Shown in pieces: positions 10,557 through 23,000 of a stretch of 64,000 nt of DNA; within the stretch, counting starts at the first letter, position 1; each line of letters begins with the position of its first letter. The stretch covers positions 6,200,001 through 6,264,000 of the forward strand of contig CM102285.1 of assembly GCA_046563655.1 (NCBI GenBank), in the 5' to 3' direction. The stretch is from Yuukianura sp. NJ FZ-2021 (lineage: Eukaryota). The notes under the pieces were generated by a model. It worked only from the letters and a program-made list of their open reading frames with translations, had not been told where the DNA came from and searched no databases. Position numbers and translations under genes: made by a program.

Positions 10557-13484
10557 ATGAGGAATATAGTAGCATCTGTATTCTCCGTTGTTGTTTTACT
10601 TGGTTTGTCAGAAGGGTGGCCCTATGGAGAGGTCAAGGTCAAAGGGGTTAATATAGGTTCATGGCTGTTGCTCGAGAAATGGATAACTCCATCAGTCTTC
10701 GATGGCCTTCCAGACTGGGTCAATGACGAGTACCAACTTTGCCAATATTTGGGTTACCAGGCTGCAGAACAGAGACTGAGGGCTCATTGGGACACTTGGG
10801 TTACGGAGGCAGATTTTGATAGCTTCAAGGCTGCTGGGCTCAACCACGTGAGGTATTTTTATTCGATTAAACCTCTCATTTTCATCATGCAGTCAAAACG
10901 TAGTTTTAACTGCAGAGCCTCGTAATGAGTTACCGCAAGGCTTTTATTATGGTAAAAACTAATTTATTAAACAGGTCAACAGTTGTAGTCGTTTTACTTA
11001 CGATTAGTTATTGTCATTTGGAACTTTACTGTAGAAAGCCAAAATTCTCACTCACAACATACTGTCAGAACCAATTGCAGAATGAAAGGTTTTACTGTAT
11101 ATTGGAAATTCTAGGGATGTTCATGTGCCGTTCCGTTAGGAACGGCACATGGACGGACACGGAAACGGACACGGATTTTTCCGAAAAGGAAACGGAACTC
11201 CCCAAAAATTGAGGAAACGGAAACGAAACGGAAACGGTAAAAATTCTCCGAAGGCAGTTTTTACTGCAAAACATAGTCTAATTCCGAACCACTAGTCTCC
11301 TCTTAATACATAATATTCTCCGAGGGCCTTATCTGTCAATGCTGCAGTAAAAATCACACTAAAAGTTGACGCAACTTGCGTCAGATAAGAGAGAGAACTT
11401 TTAGATTTCAAGTTTGGGTCACAATTTTGGTTAAAAACTACGCAAAAAACATAATGTGACGTCCAATCCGTTTCCGTTTCGTTTCCTACTAGGAAACGGT
11501 TCCAATGCCAAGTGGAAACGGAAACGACACGGATTCTTCGTTTCTAAAATATTTGGAAACGGAAACGGGCAAAAGTTCCGTTTCCAGACACGGAACTTGA
11601 ACATCCCTAGGAAATTCTATAGTATAGAAGACAAACACAGAATTGGGTTAAAACATTTCAAGTGAAAACAATCTTATTTCTCCATTTGTCAAAACTGGTT
11701 ATTAGGTAACAGCAAAGTTCGAAAGTATTCAATACAAAATTAAGTTTTGCCTTGTAGATTACCGATAGGCTACTGGACGTGGGATATAAAAGAAGGGGAG
11801 CCATGGGTGTGGGGTTCTTGGGATTACGTCATCAAGGCTGCAGAATGGTGTAAAAGACACGGTCTCCAACTCATGATAGATCTTCATGGCGCCCCAGGAT
11901 CACAAGTAAGACAGACAAAATATTATTAGAGTGAAATAACGGTATTTCTCGTCCTCAAAAATTTGAATTTAAGAGTAATATCACAAATATTAGAAAAAAT
12001 TGAAAAATTTCTACAAGTTGAAAAAAAGAACAAGAACCCCATATCGTGCCACTATATTTTCCTGCTTCAGTAATGCACGAATAGAAGAAAAAGTATAATT
12101 TGTAGTATAGCGGGTTACTCTAGTGCTAAGAATAATACTAATACTACTACTAGAATTATATTTTCCATATTTACATGTATTTCCCAGGAAATATAATATT
12201 TCCCTGGAAATTGGGAAACACTAAAAAACGCACATCTGTGGCGATATGCCCTGCTAAAATAGTGTTCTGCAGTCGTGAGGACACTAGAAGGGTTAGCGTT
12301 CCACTCCCAATGCTATTTTTCTTCATTCATTAATAACATTTTATAACTGGCAGAACGGCAATGATCATAGTGGGCAAGCTGGTAACATCGGATTCTTCTA
12401 TTCCGACGAAAATCTGCAAAGAGCAACAAATGTTATTGGCAAAATTGCACAATGGGCTAATGCACCGGAGTGGAGGGAGACTGTGTCGATTATTCAATTG
12501 TTAAATGAACCTGTACTCTGGGATGACTATGATTACAGGTAACAATATAATCTTACACAAGATAATTTCAGAATATAATCTTATCATTTGGATCTCAGAA
12601 AATGATACCGAAATATTAACAACAAAAGCCAAACCTAACATGAATAAATAAGTGTCATAATCGTTAAATACCTGTATTTGCAATCAAGTTTATAGGATTA
12701 TTTTAGTAATTTTTGAAAATATGATTCGGATATTAAAATACCAATTTCAACACCTATTTCGATCCGGTATATTCAAACTACATTAGTAGTTATTTATCGT
12801 TTTAAATGTAACAACAAGCCGATTCTCATTTACACTTTATTTCACATGTAGGCTGGACCGACTGAAACAATACTACCGAATGGCTTACGACGAGGTGCGA
12901 CGGTACAATGATATTGCCGTAGTGGCTGTTCACGACGCCTTCATTGACCTATCGAACTGGTACTACTTGCGAGATGACCCACACTACTTCTGGGTCATGC
13001 TGGATACTCATCTGTACCAGGTCTTTGGAGACGGGTGGGAAAGCATGACCTGTGACGAGCATGCGTATCATCCATGTAGCTATCATGATAGACTGGGTGA
13101 AGCTAATGCCAAGTTATGGACTGTCACGGGAGAGTGGTCATTGGCTACTCCTGCTAATTTAGGTATGTTTCTGTAGCGTCAATAGTTAGAAGAAAATTGT
13201 TCAGAAACACTAACGTTGTAAGATTTACTTTAGATTCACATGTTAGAATTAGTTGAGTTTTAAGAGCTTCCGAGTACATTATGAAACTACACATGTTTGA
13301 TTGTATTTCAGGCTGCTCGAACCAAGCTTTCTTTTCCCAACAACAAATCGGAGCTTATGAAGTTGGAAGCGGATGGTTCTTTTGGTCACACAATCATGCA
13401 CAAGGATGGCGGGAATGGAGTTTCAAACATGCGTTTGAAGCCGGTTGGATTAATCCAACAGGTGCAAACTATCCGCAGTGCTGA
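10557..13484 (+). CDS. Secreted glycoside hydrolase family 5 exo-beta-1,3-glucanase (fungal EXG1/GH5_9-like), 5 exons
   Basis: Exons 10557-10852, 11758-11905, 12354-12538, 12852-13162 and 13312-13484 join in frame. Signal peptide; GVNIGSWLLLEKWITPS, HWDTWVTE.DF, NHVRLPIGYW, IDLHGAPGSQNGNDHSG, catalytic LLNEP and TGEWS, DTHLYQVF, GWFFWS. Confidence 0.93.
11112..11609. mobile_element. hAT-type MITE in intron 1 of the GH5 gene
   Basis: TIR TAGGGATGTTCA...TGAACATCCCTA. 8-bp TSD GGAAATTC (11104-11111 and 11610-11617). Subterminal GGAAAC repeats. Confidence 0.9.
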
Positions 13485-14298
13485 TTTACATACATGAACT
13501 GACATATTACTACAATTCAATTCGAATTATTAAGCTTTGTCCATTTTTATGATTGTATGCTTGAAAGCTTAAACCACAAGTTCTAGAATTTTAAAACAAC
13601 ATGGGTTTAAAGAATTGCCTAAACTATAACCTTTGATTGTTATTATTTCAAGTTAATATTGTCGTTAATAAATTCGATCTGATTCCAATAAATTATTTTT
13701 TCCTTGCGTTGTAAATATTGCATTCTTAGCGCTTTCTTTATTCGATTACAAGGATTCAACTTTCGTAGCAATTCAACTTTCGTGGTAATTGGACTTTTGT
13801 GGTAATTCGTTTCCGGGTAATTCAACTTTCGTTGTAATTGGTTTCGGGGAAATTCATTCGTGGTAATTCACTTCGTGGTAATTCATTCGATGAAGTGGCG
13901 TGCTCCCGTTGGGCCCAGAGGAATCCCAAGCATAAGGGAAACACGGACATAACGGCGTTCTTCTAATATAATACACAACATTTTTCAATTGGAATTTGGC
14001 TAACCGTAGAAACGAACCTGCACTGCGTGTCCAATTTCTTGTATTTACTTCGTAACTGTAAAAGTTACAGCTAGATATTGCTAGCTAGAATTTTGGCCTA
14101 TAATATCTAAATTAGGGTCTGGGAAACAAACACAACACACGTTTGTTTCCCAAACCAAATGTCGATTTACAAAACGAGTTTGAATAAAAACAAATGACTT
14201 TGTTCAACTTTGAAAAAATATAAAAACTAATATTTTAAAAACCAATTCAACAATTCAAGTTTCTTTTCCGACGTAGTAAGTTCGGTAAAACAAATTCC

Positions 14299-15113
14299 GG
14301 TTGAAGTAAACTTGGGCCCCCGCCTGTCCCCACCCGTTCAAATTTTCGCGCTGCTTCCATTGTCCCCACCTAGTGTCCCCACCAAGTGGGTACATTTGTC
14401 CCCACCAAGTGGGTACATTTGTCCCCACTCGGTGGGGACAAAAGTGTACCCACCAGCCTTACACCGACTTCCCCTAGCGGCCGAAGTGGAACTAGCGAAT
14501 TCGAGCTGGCAACGTCGTACCGTTGCTCCATTGCCCCCACCCAGTGCACCGGAGAATAAATATAGTGAGACTAAGTCAGAAAAACCTACAGACAAAATCA
14601 CTATTGTAGGACAATCAGCGAAACCTACAGACATAGTCACTATTGAATGCTTAACCAAACCTAACGCCGCGCCTTCGGCGCGGAAACTGCATTGTCCCAA
14701 GAAGTTTCGTGCTGAAACTACACAAAGAAGTTTCTTTGCAGTTTCCGCGCCGAAGGCGCGGCGTTAGGTTTGGTAAAGCACGCAATAGTGATTACGTCTG
14801 TAGGTTTGGTTGACTAAAAGTCTCGCAATAGTGATTAAGTGTGTAAGTTTGTCTGAATGAGCCTCGCTATATTGATTACATGTGCCCTAGTCACAAGTGG
14901 CCTTTTCTACAGCGGGTTTTTACATTGAAGCAACACTACAACGTTGCCAGCTCGAATTCGTTAGTTCGACACCAACCGCTAGGGGAGTCGTTGTTTAAGG
15001 CTGGTGGGGACACATTTGTCCCCACCAAGTGGGGACACTGGGTGGGGACAATGGAAGCAGCGCGAAAATTTGAACGGGTGGGGACAGGCGGGGGGCCCAA
15101 GTTTACTTCAACC
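14299..15113. mobile_element. Near-palindromic non-autonomous DNA transposon (GG-terminal, 8-bp TSD; Merlin- or MULE-like)
   Basis: Ends GGTTGAAGTAAACTTGGGCCCCC / GGGGGCCCAAGTTTACTTCAACC. TSD CAAATTCC (14291-14298 and 15114-15121). A second inner inverted pair spans ~14561-14870. Confidence 0.85.
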
Positions 15114-15524
15114 CAAATTCCAATGAGCTTGTGCTGATTAGCAGATAAGCAGATAATGACAATATTTACACTAGACTAAATGGAAATGCGCTCTCTAGTA
15201 CTTGAGGATTTCCGCACTACTGGGAATAACTTGAAAATGATATTTATGATATTTCGTGTGGAAGAGGACGAGTTCCAGCAAGAAATGGTAAACGTAATGC
15301 CGCTGGGGGTACTCAAAAGTATAAATCCATTTTTCATTTGTAGCTTGTGGAAATTGCTTCGGTATTCTGCAAGAAGCGGCTGGCATGCATAGTAAAATCT
15401 TTCAGTGGGAGACTCTACTTGTATAGAAGCAGCACAAGTGTGGTTGAACTCACGAAGCAAAATTAAATCGAACTTGAATTTCTTTTGGTCAACAACGTTT
15501 ATTTTTCGATAAGAATAAATTGAT

Positions 15525-17999
15525 ATGCACCGGTACGAGTCAGGTTTGTGTATAAATCAGACTCGTATCTCAGTTGCCAATTTTGAACAAAAACGATGCG
15601 TTTCATATCATAGCAACTTTATTTTTGGAATCGTTTTAATTTTACTTATTTGTAACACTTCTACATCTACAATAACTTCTCACCAAGTTCAACTGCAAAT
15701 TTTGTCATTCTTCAATTCCTGTTGGACGGAATTCGTCATAATAAATCCTGCAAGAAATGTGCTTCTAGGCTTGTGTCAAGTCAATGCTTCAATGGATATT
15801 CCACTCGTTTTGACTTCAGAATCAACTCCGGGAAGGCGCGGATTTTTAAATTTGGAAGTAAATCAAACCTTGCAACTAAAGTTCAAATGCCTCGCTTTTG
15901 TTTTCTGTGGAATTGATAATTTGGAAAGTCAAACCAACGAATTTGGTATGCAATTCATAGAAAGTGTAGAACGGTACACAAATTTGAACAGTGGAAACCG
16001 GTCACAAAGAAATCAAGACATGCTATGGTACAATCGATTGTTCAAAACTCAAAACAGTTTTATTGTTGGAATCGCTGAAGAAAACGTGTCTCGTGAAAGC
16101 TGGCTTCCATACATCCTGTTCCAATGTCGTTGTACCGTAATCCAGGTCGGTTTGAATCGAAACGGTACCGTTGAGCTCGAAATTATGAAACTTATGTACA
16201 GAAAACACTTTAGCGTTTTCAGAAATTTGGCTCTTACGAGCATCCTGGCTATTCGGAATATTTGGTTGGAAACACTCAAAAACTACTTCACCAACAACAC
16301 AAAAATTTTCAAACTGATTTCTAGTAATGAATTGGGTATCGGGCGCCACTGCGTATCATCCGCGCCTTCTCCGTTTATATTTTTGGACCCCGCGGAACTT
16401 CAATTTGAAAAATACCACTTCGCATACTTACTCATAAATTTTCTGTCCAGTGGTAAATATAAAGTATCTTATGTATATGCATGGTCAACTGATTCGTTTC
16501 TAAATTTTTTCGTGCAAGGAAACAAAACTTGTTTGAAGGAATTCTTGTTGTTATCGTCAGAAGGGGACGAACTTTTAACAGAAGCAAATACCGTGTTGTA
16601 TCGCGATATGACTATTAACTACAATGATGCCTTACTAAATGTGCAGGAATTTGAATCTGTGAGATTGAGTGCAGCAGATATTATTAAAACTACAATGCCT
16701 CTATCAGTAGCAGTAATTCCAAGTACATTTCAGGATGATTACAACTTTGTAACTTGTGACGGCAGATATGAATCAGAAAATTCTTACGAAATGTACATAA
16801 AGAGTTTTGACCCAAATTTGTGGGGCGTCATTACTGTAACAATTTTTGCCGCGTATGTTGTAATCAGTAGTATCATTTGGAAGCTAAACGTAACAGATAC
16901 CCCATGGCCAATAATTTTTGGAATTCTGCTTGAAATTTCTCCGAAAGTTTCCGAAAAATTGGCTAAAAGCAGCGTCTTTTCTGCTATGACCATGCCTCTG
17001 ATACTTCTTAGTCTAATTTTAGCTAATGGTTACCGCGGTAGCATGACAGCTCGACTGTCATTGGCTCCAGCATGGAAAGGACTTGAGACTTTTGATGACG
17101 TGATAAAGGCGAATTTTTCTATTCTCACTAAATGTAACACACCTGTGCTCGGTGTGTACGCAAACAAGTGCAAATGGAATGCAACTATGTTCAGAACGTA
17201 TGCGTCGTTGCAACCATCTTTTGATCTAGTAACTCGAGTGAATCTCTTAATCTATTACTCTAATCTAACAAACGACTCCAACAAAATTGCAGAGCAACGT
17301 GCCATTTTGAATCAACTTATGCCTCAAATCCGGTTTCCATATGGGCATTACAACTGCTCAGAACCAATTAATGTAGCAAGGAATACTGTGCACGACTACG
17401 AGTCATTTATGAAAAATTTCGGTAGGCCACATCCCAACGACCTTATTTCAGCTGAACTTGCGCAATGTAATAAAACAGCTTACGCTTTGTCAACAGTAGA
17501 TATGTTTTTATCACTTTTCAAAAATACTTTGAAAAATGAAAACAATAGGCCTGCATACATCGGCAATACAAAACGGAAGGAAATGGGACCATTCAAATTT
17601 GGAAGTACACATTACGTGATAGCTCTTCTGGAAGAAGACTATGACAACCTCTACATCAAATCCAATGTAGATGCGCTCTCTACCGGTGGATTTTTGCATT
17701 ACTGGGAAACACTAAAAATTTACTATGGAACAATGACTTTTGAGAAAGACGAATTCGAATTTCAACGAAAAATGGCAAAACCAGTTCCTCTACGCCTAAC
17801 CAGAAAGTGCAACACAATATTTGTCCTATTTCTAGTAGGGTTGGCATTGTCCGTTTTAGTAGCTGCCAAAGAGTTTGCATTTCAAAAAATAGTGAAGTGC
17901 TTAACTCGTCGCTTTAACCCCAGTACACAAGTTACTCCCATGCAAATAAAAACAAAGAACAAGATAGGTTTAACAAGAATATCTGGAAGGCATTACTAA
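15525..17999 (+). CDS. Intronless divergent ionotropic-receptor-like (IR/iGluR-derived) membrane protein, 824 aa
   Basis: N-terminal hydrophobic segment; YNFVTC; SFDPNLWGVI before TM1; LILANGYRGSMTARL (M3-like); GFLHYWE; C-terminal TM IFVLFLVGLALSVLV. Confidence 0.75.
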   Translation: MHRYESGLCINQTRISVANFEQKRCVSYHSNFIFGIVLILLICNTSTSTITSHQVQLQILSFFNSCWTEFVIINPARNVLLGLCQVNASMDIPLVLTSESTPGRRGFLNLEVNQTLQLKFKCLAFVFCGIDNLESQTNEFGMQFIESVERYTNLNSGNRSQRNQDMLWYNRLFKTQNSFIVGIAEENVSRESWLPYILFQCRCTVIQVGLNRNGTVELEIMKLMYRKHFSVFRNLALTSILAIRNIWLETLKNYFTNNTKIFKLISSNELGIGRHCVSSAPSPFIFLDPAELQFEKYHFAYLLINFLSSGKYKVSYVYAWSTDSFLNFFVQGNKTCLKEFLLLSSEGDELLTEANTVLYRDMTINYNDALLNVQEFESVRLSAADIIKTTMPLSVAVIPSTFQDDYNFVTCDGRYESENSYEMYIKSFDPNLWGVITVTIFAAYVVISSIIWKLNVTDTPWPIIFGILLEISPKVSEKLAKSSVFSAMTMPLILLSLILANGYRGSMTARLSLAPAWKGLETFDDVIKANFSILTKCNTPVLGVYANKCKWNATMFRTYASLQPSFDLVTRVNLLIYYSNLTNDSNKIAEQRAILNQLMPQIRFPYGHYNCSEPINVARNTVHDYESFMKNFGRPHPNDLISAELAQCNKTAYALSTVDMFLSLFKNTLKNENNRPAYIGNTKRKEMGPFKFGSTHYVIALLEEDYDNLYIKSNVDALSTGGFLHYWETLKIYYGTMTFEKDEFEFQRKMAKPVPLRLTRKCNTIFVLFLVGLALSVLVAAKEFAFQKIVKCLTRRFNPSTQVTPMQIKTKNKIGLTRISGRHY

Positions 18000-18381
18000 C
18001 CATTTGGGCAATGTGTGCACTTAAAGAACTTATTCATCAGAACCAAAAATTCCATTTTTAATTTTGACGCATTTTTAGAAATGTACCTTTCCTTAAACCT
18101 TTCCTTTATTCGATTATTAGAAAGTGATACATTTCGCATGGCGTTAGATTTTATCGAATGTGGAAATATTTAACTTAACGTACGTATTTAAATTTACTAG
18201 TAGGTTACATTAGAGTTTAGCTAGTTTACCCTAACTCATTTAATTTATCATTGCGGCTTATCTATCTGTTATCTAATGCCGATAGATAGTACTAACTAAT
18301 CTTGTTTTCATTTGTAAATTAACTCAAGTAATTGAATATGCAGTAACTAATTGCAAGTCTTAATAATTCAGAACTTAATAC

Positions 18382-19836
18382 CTAATTAAATTTATATGAT
18401 TCACCCTGTGTAGCCAGTAAGAGGGTCATGGTATAGTTCAAAATGACGTGCATTGTGACAGGTATGAGGATGACCTCTACGCTGCAAATGGATCCAACGT
18501 TCATAACCCACGGGCGGCAAGATTTCAAGCATTTTTTGTGGTAAAGACTCAGCGAATGCTGCTTACAGTACACTTCTAGTAATTTTCTAGAAGCCCTTGC
18601 AATTCTTCCCATTTCTCCAGGGACAAAATATAGGAATACCATTGCGTTAAACTAGATGAATACCATAATGCATGTTAACAAGGCATTTGATCCTGCCTTT
18701 ACGATAAAAAACAAAGCCATCACGGACGAACTGATGTTCATAGCCATGGAGGCCGGCATGTGACCACTGATGTAGTATAACAACTGCGTCATCTGAACTT
18801 GTACTAACCGATATTCCCAGTAGAATTGAGCGTACTGCACATGAGTAGTTCTTCTCAAGTTGACATTTGCCGAAGACCCCGGTGCTCTCCTGCAAAACCG
18901 TCAACTTTATACATAAAAAATAAAAATTACAAAATTATGTATCGAAAAACTTAACTTTTCCTTGCTAATGGAACTTTATGTGCGCAAAATTGTAAATATG
19001 TTGAAAATTTGCCAATTTAAGATTATGCACCACTGTGAGCTTACAATTTTAAATTGGTTAAAATTGTGTTTGTACAGTAAATGACTTCGAACAGAAATGG
19101 AACGTTGAGAAGAATAGCGCAGATCAATTTTGTTTCTGCGACACACTGCGTGAAAACATCCCACAAAAATCTGACCGAAATCAACTTTCGGTCACTTGCC
19201 ATGCAGCTTTGAACAACGTCTTCAAAATAGTGGAAGTTGCAGTCAATGTAGCAAATGACAATGGCCATGCCGTAGGATGACACGAGAGACACAAATATGC
19301 CAAACGTAACGATTTCAATTAAACCCGCCTCTGTGGATAACCCAGAAGAACCTGAAATTTTCGGCAGAAAAAAAATCTCTTAACTTTGTATGAAATAGTT
19401 TCAGCTAAGGTTTAGTTAACTTACGTTGAAATTTCTTGTAGGTTGAGCTAACGCAGTTGACTATTTGTCTGAAATCTTGAAATCGCCCGTTTGTTGCAAT
19501 ATAATAATGAATATAGCTCACGAAGGACATTAAGATTAAGCGAAATACGTTAATTAGTGTAATAAAATTAATTTTGAAATGTCCGACGTAAATGTTCAGA
19601 AAGAATTTTAGTGCGGTCGGAACAGTAAGTAATACTGAAACCGTTGAGACTATACGGTAGCGTCGAAATGCATTCCGCGAAGTTACGGGATTTAGTAACT
19701 CAGTTTCTTGATTATAAGAATATGGCAAGTAACAAAGGTGGTAAACGTAGGAATAGCAATACCATTTCCCTAACTTTAGAGTAGATTCGATTCTTTTAGA
19801 AAACTTCCCGAGTAATGATGCTTCTCTGGTCGCCAT
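18382..19836 (-). pseudogene. Gustatory-receptor-like gene with a single in-frame TAG at 18652-18654
   Basis: Exons ~19836-19425, ~19350-19046 and ~18889-18382. GR-like C-terminus LKSCRPWVMNVGS..VILNYTMTLLLA. The last exon reads IMVFI*FNAMVFL in one frame. Confidence 0.65.
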
Positions 19837-20040
19837 TTCAAAACTGGCTGTAATTCTGGCATGGAACTAAACAAGCTTATTGTTTATACCAATTTTCAAG
19901 GATGTGATTGAAAAGTAAACACAACAACTTCGCAGCAGCAACAATTTAAGCACTTCATCAGTAATCGATGGCTGAAATTGTTTCCAACTTCAATTGACAA
20001 AATGGGTTCTAATGTCGGAATGTCTAAATCAAACAAAACC

Positions 20041-20340
20041 TTAAGATTGGAATACTGCTAGAATTCGTAATGCATCGCCAAAGATTTTCAGCGCTCGCAA
20101 GGTTAACGAGTCTATGTCCAACATTTTATGGGGAAAATGATGTAATGATTGGAAATTCAAATATCTTCCCGAATGAATCGGTTTTCGCAATATCCCCTTT
20201 GAAACATTTCCAATATCATTGTATTCAAGTTGTACATCCAAAAAGTTGATTTTGCGGTGTGGACATTTAATTCAAGAGTAAATATTAAAATTGGATGGAA
20301 GTTGTCGTGAAACGAGGGAAGTTGGTCAGAATTGAAAAAA
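20041..20340 (-). pseudogene. Penelope-like retroelement reverse-transcriptase remnant
   Basis: FHPILIFTLELN followed, across a frameshift, by LRKPIHSGRYLNFQSLH..HK...SLTLRALKI. This matches the PLE RT C-terminal YRKPT..RYLNF.S.H motif. Confidence 0.65.
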
Positions 20341-21980
20341 TTTCTTCGACTTTCTTTGATTCTACGCATGCGATGATTCACAAAACGCTAGAAAAACAAA
20401 ATATTCATATATTTATCCATACTTACTTATACAATACGTACACTTTTTTATATTTTAAGAAACCTGGCTTCTATCAACTGAAGGAGTTGAACAGCCGCAA
20501 GTATGTCACAGTGTGTACTGTACATGATAAAATTGCATATGCCATGAACCTTCGGGATTATATTATTTAAAGAAACAAAAATTTTGAGTTTTCAAGATGA
20601 CGAATTCCTTGATGATGTGTTCGACTTTTTAAACAGGAAGGTATGTGATTTTCGGGAATACAGAAATTAATTCAAGAAAAATATTTCAAATTAAAGCAAT
20701 TATGTGTTAGGCAAAAATTTAGAAATTCGAAACCTTACATAACGAGTTTCATGGAATCGTGAATTAAAAACTGTTAGTACAATACCTGCCATCTAAAGTG
20801 CAATTACTAAACCTGCTAAACACGTTGGGTGTGGACTACATCATGGCATTCAGCTGCTGGACAAAATTGCTGATTTAGTAATTCCGGTTTAGTTAATCTG
20901 TTTAATTGTGTGGCAGTTTCTTGAGGTTTCCCTATCAAAAATATTTATTAAGCCTTCAAAACTAGTATTAGTTAAGTTACCCCTTACCACAGCATCAGAA
21001 GTAATTTTTTTTATACAAACCTGTTCTAACATAAACTAAATGGGTTACAAGTTAAAGTTTCGAAACCTGACATGACCGACCCACCTAACAAGAATAAACG
21101 ACACAGATATAATCAATTTAAGTCAAACCAGAAGTTGAGCATTGGCCAATTGGCAGTTAGCAACAAAATACTTTCAACCACTTACCAAATCCCTTGTTAA
21201 TTAATTTGAATTTTAATTAAGCCATTAATTTAATGAGTCTTTACTTTCATGGTATGCATAATAAACCTCAAGGACAACACACCTGGAAGCATTGGTGAAC
21301 TACGGTATAAGCTTATAAAAAGTCAGTAAAAAAAGTGAAGATGGTTTTGTAGAAGCTGTCAAAAATAGTTTAAGTACATTTGTAGGGTTAAACAAACTGA
21401 TCACAGTATTTTTTCCCCAAAAATGCAAAATTTCAATTTTTGTTTTCAATTTCAATTTGCAATACATTGTATTGGCTAGGAGATTATCGGTAACAGCAGA
21501 AATGGAGTTGGAAGGTCGGAAAGTTACAAAAAACTAGAAACAATGTTATGCAGTTTTTGGATCATCTTGTTTTGGCGGTTATAATCGAAACTACAGCGAA
21601 TACGCTGTAAATTTGTTTGAAAGTACGAGGTAGTTGCAACAGAAATTGTGAGTATACTGAAAGTAATCAAACAGAAGCGGCCAGTGCATAGTCTCATCCT
21701 CATTAAACCAATTTGCATACTCTCAGTTTTTATTAACTGGTTTTATGGTCGATTTTTTTAAAGTTTAAAATTTAAAACAAGAAACCTATAGTTGTTAGAA
21801 AACACGCCAATTTAGTTCCACCCATTTCAGATTTCTCTGTTCATTTCTGCATATTTGGTGCCTTACCAGTAACCACAGTCAATATAAATTTAGTTTAGTT
21901 CTATCTCCAGCAGCATCCACAAGGTCTCTGTTTCTCCAGCTCCATTCGTGTCAAAAGCAAAGTAGTGCCGGCAGAGCAAA

Positions 21981-23000
21981 ATGGCGGATAGCAAAGTGGC
22001 CCAAGACAAACCAAAGACAAAAACATCACCTAAAGGATTTCGAAAACACGTTAGACGCTTACAACTAGTTTTTAAAGCAATTCACAATTTTGGCGAATCG
22101 TTTGAAAAGCACAGCCGATTTGTGCATGACCTTAACGACCAGTACTTAACCCCAGCCCTTGAACGTATGAACATTCAACAAAATTCAAATATTTTCGATT
22201 ACGGAAGCCGAAATGGAGTACTCACACTTGCCAAACTTGTTCCACTGGCGGAAGAAAAAAATTTGAAAATTTTTGCCACTGAGGAATCTGCGACACAGCA
22301 TCAAGAGGCACTTGCAAATCATCCGCATGACAGAATTACGTATATAAATGAAGACATTATGAGTGAAAATTTTTCTCTCAAAGACAAAAAATTTCCAGCT
22401 GGAATTTCGCTCTACTACCTTCAAAACCGGAAGGACTACCGCGCTGTCCTTGAAAAATTATATAATATTTTGGAAGATGGTGGCAAATTTTGTTTGTTCG
22501 TGGCGACCATGGTGGAAGACTATTTTCAATTCGCCAAAATGTTACAAGATAGTACAGAGTGGAAGGCTTTGGGAGATCAACTTGCAATTCCGGATTGGAT
22601 TTTGGCGCGCTGGGCTGGAAGAGATCATATAGAAATTCTTAAGAATGCTGTGACTTCAGCTGGATTCGAAATCAAAAAATTTCAACTTGTTGATAATTAC
22701 ACCATATTTCAAAGCAAAAAGGACTGTGCTGGTGGGTTATATTTCTAGATCTTGTTTTAAAATAGTTTTAAAATATTTTTAGAAAGTTCTTTTTTTATTT
22801 CAGAGTTTTTATTGGCTGCTGGTATGGCCGACATTGCGGAGGGTTTGCCAACTCCTGAAGCATACAAAAAACTGGAAGCAGAATATACGCAGTTTTTAGA
22901 TGAACGTGTAACGGAAACGTGTGGACGTGCTTGTGGGGCAGGTCCAAAGCGACATCGAATGAACTACCAAGTCGCACTATTTGACCTTCAGAAAAAGTAA
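21981..23000 (+). CDS. Class I SAM-dependent methyltransferase-fold protein, JHAMT-like (copy 1), 2 exons
   Basis: Exons 21981-22731 and 22804-23000 join in frame. Motif I-like IFDYGSRNG; ISLYYLQ; LEKLYNILEDGGKF. Confidence 0.75.

Noticed and set aside
13750..13908. Short GTGGTAATTC-type repeats ending in TGGCGTGCTCCC
   Set aside because: Possibly a solo MULE-like arm, but no partner arm or TSD was found.
15176..15460. 94-aa minus ORF next to the IR gene
   Set aside because: There is no convincing motif or splice structure. It could be a receptor remnant but this cannot be supported.
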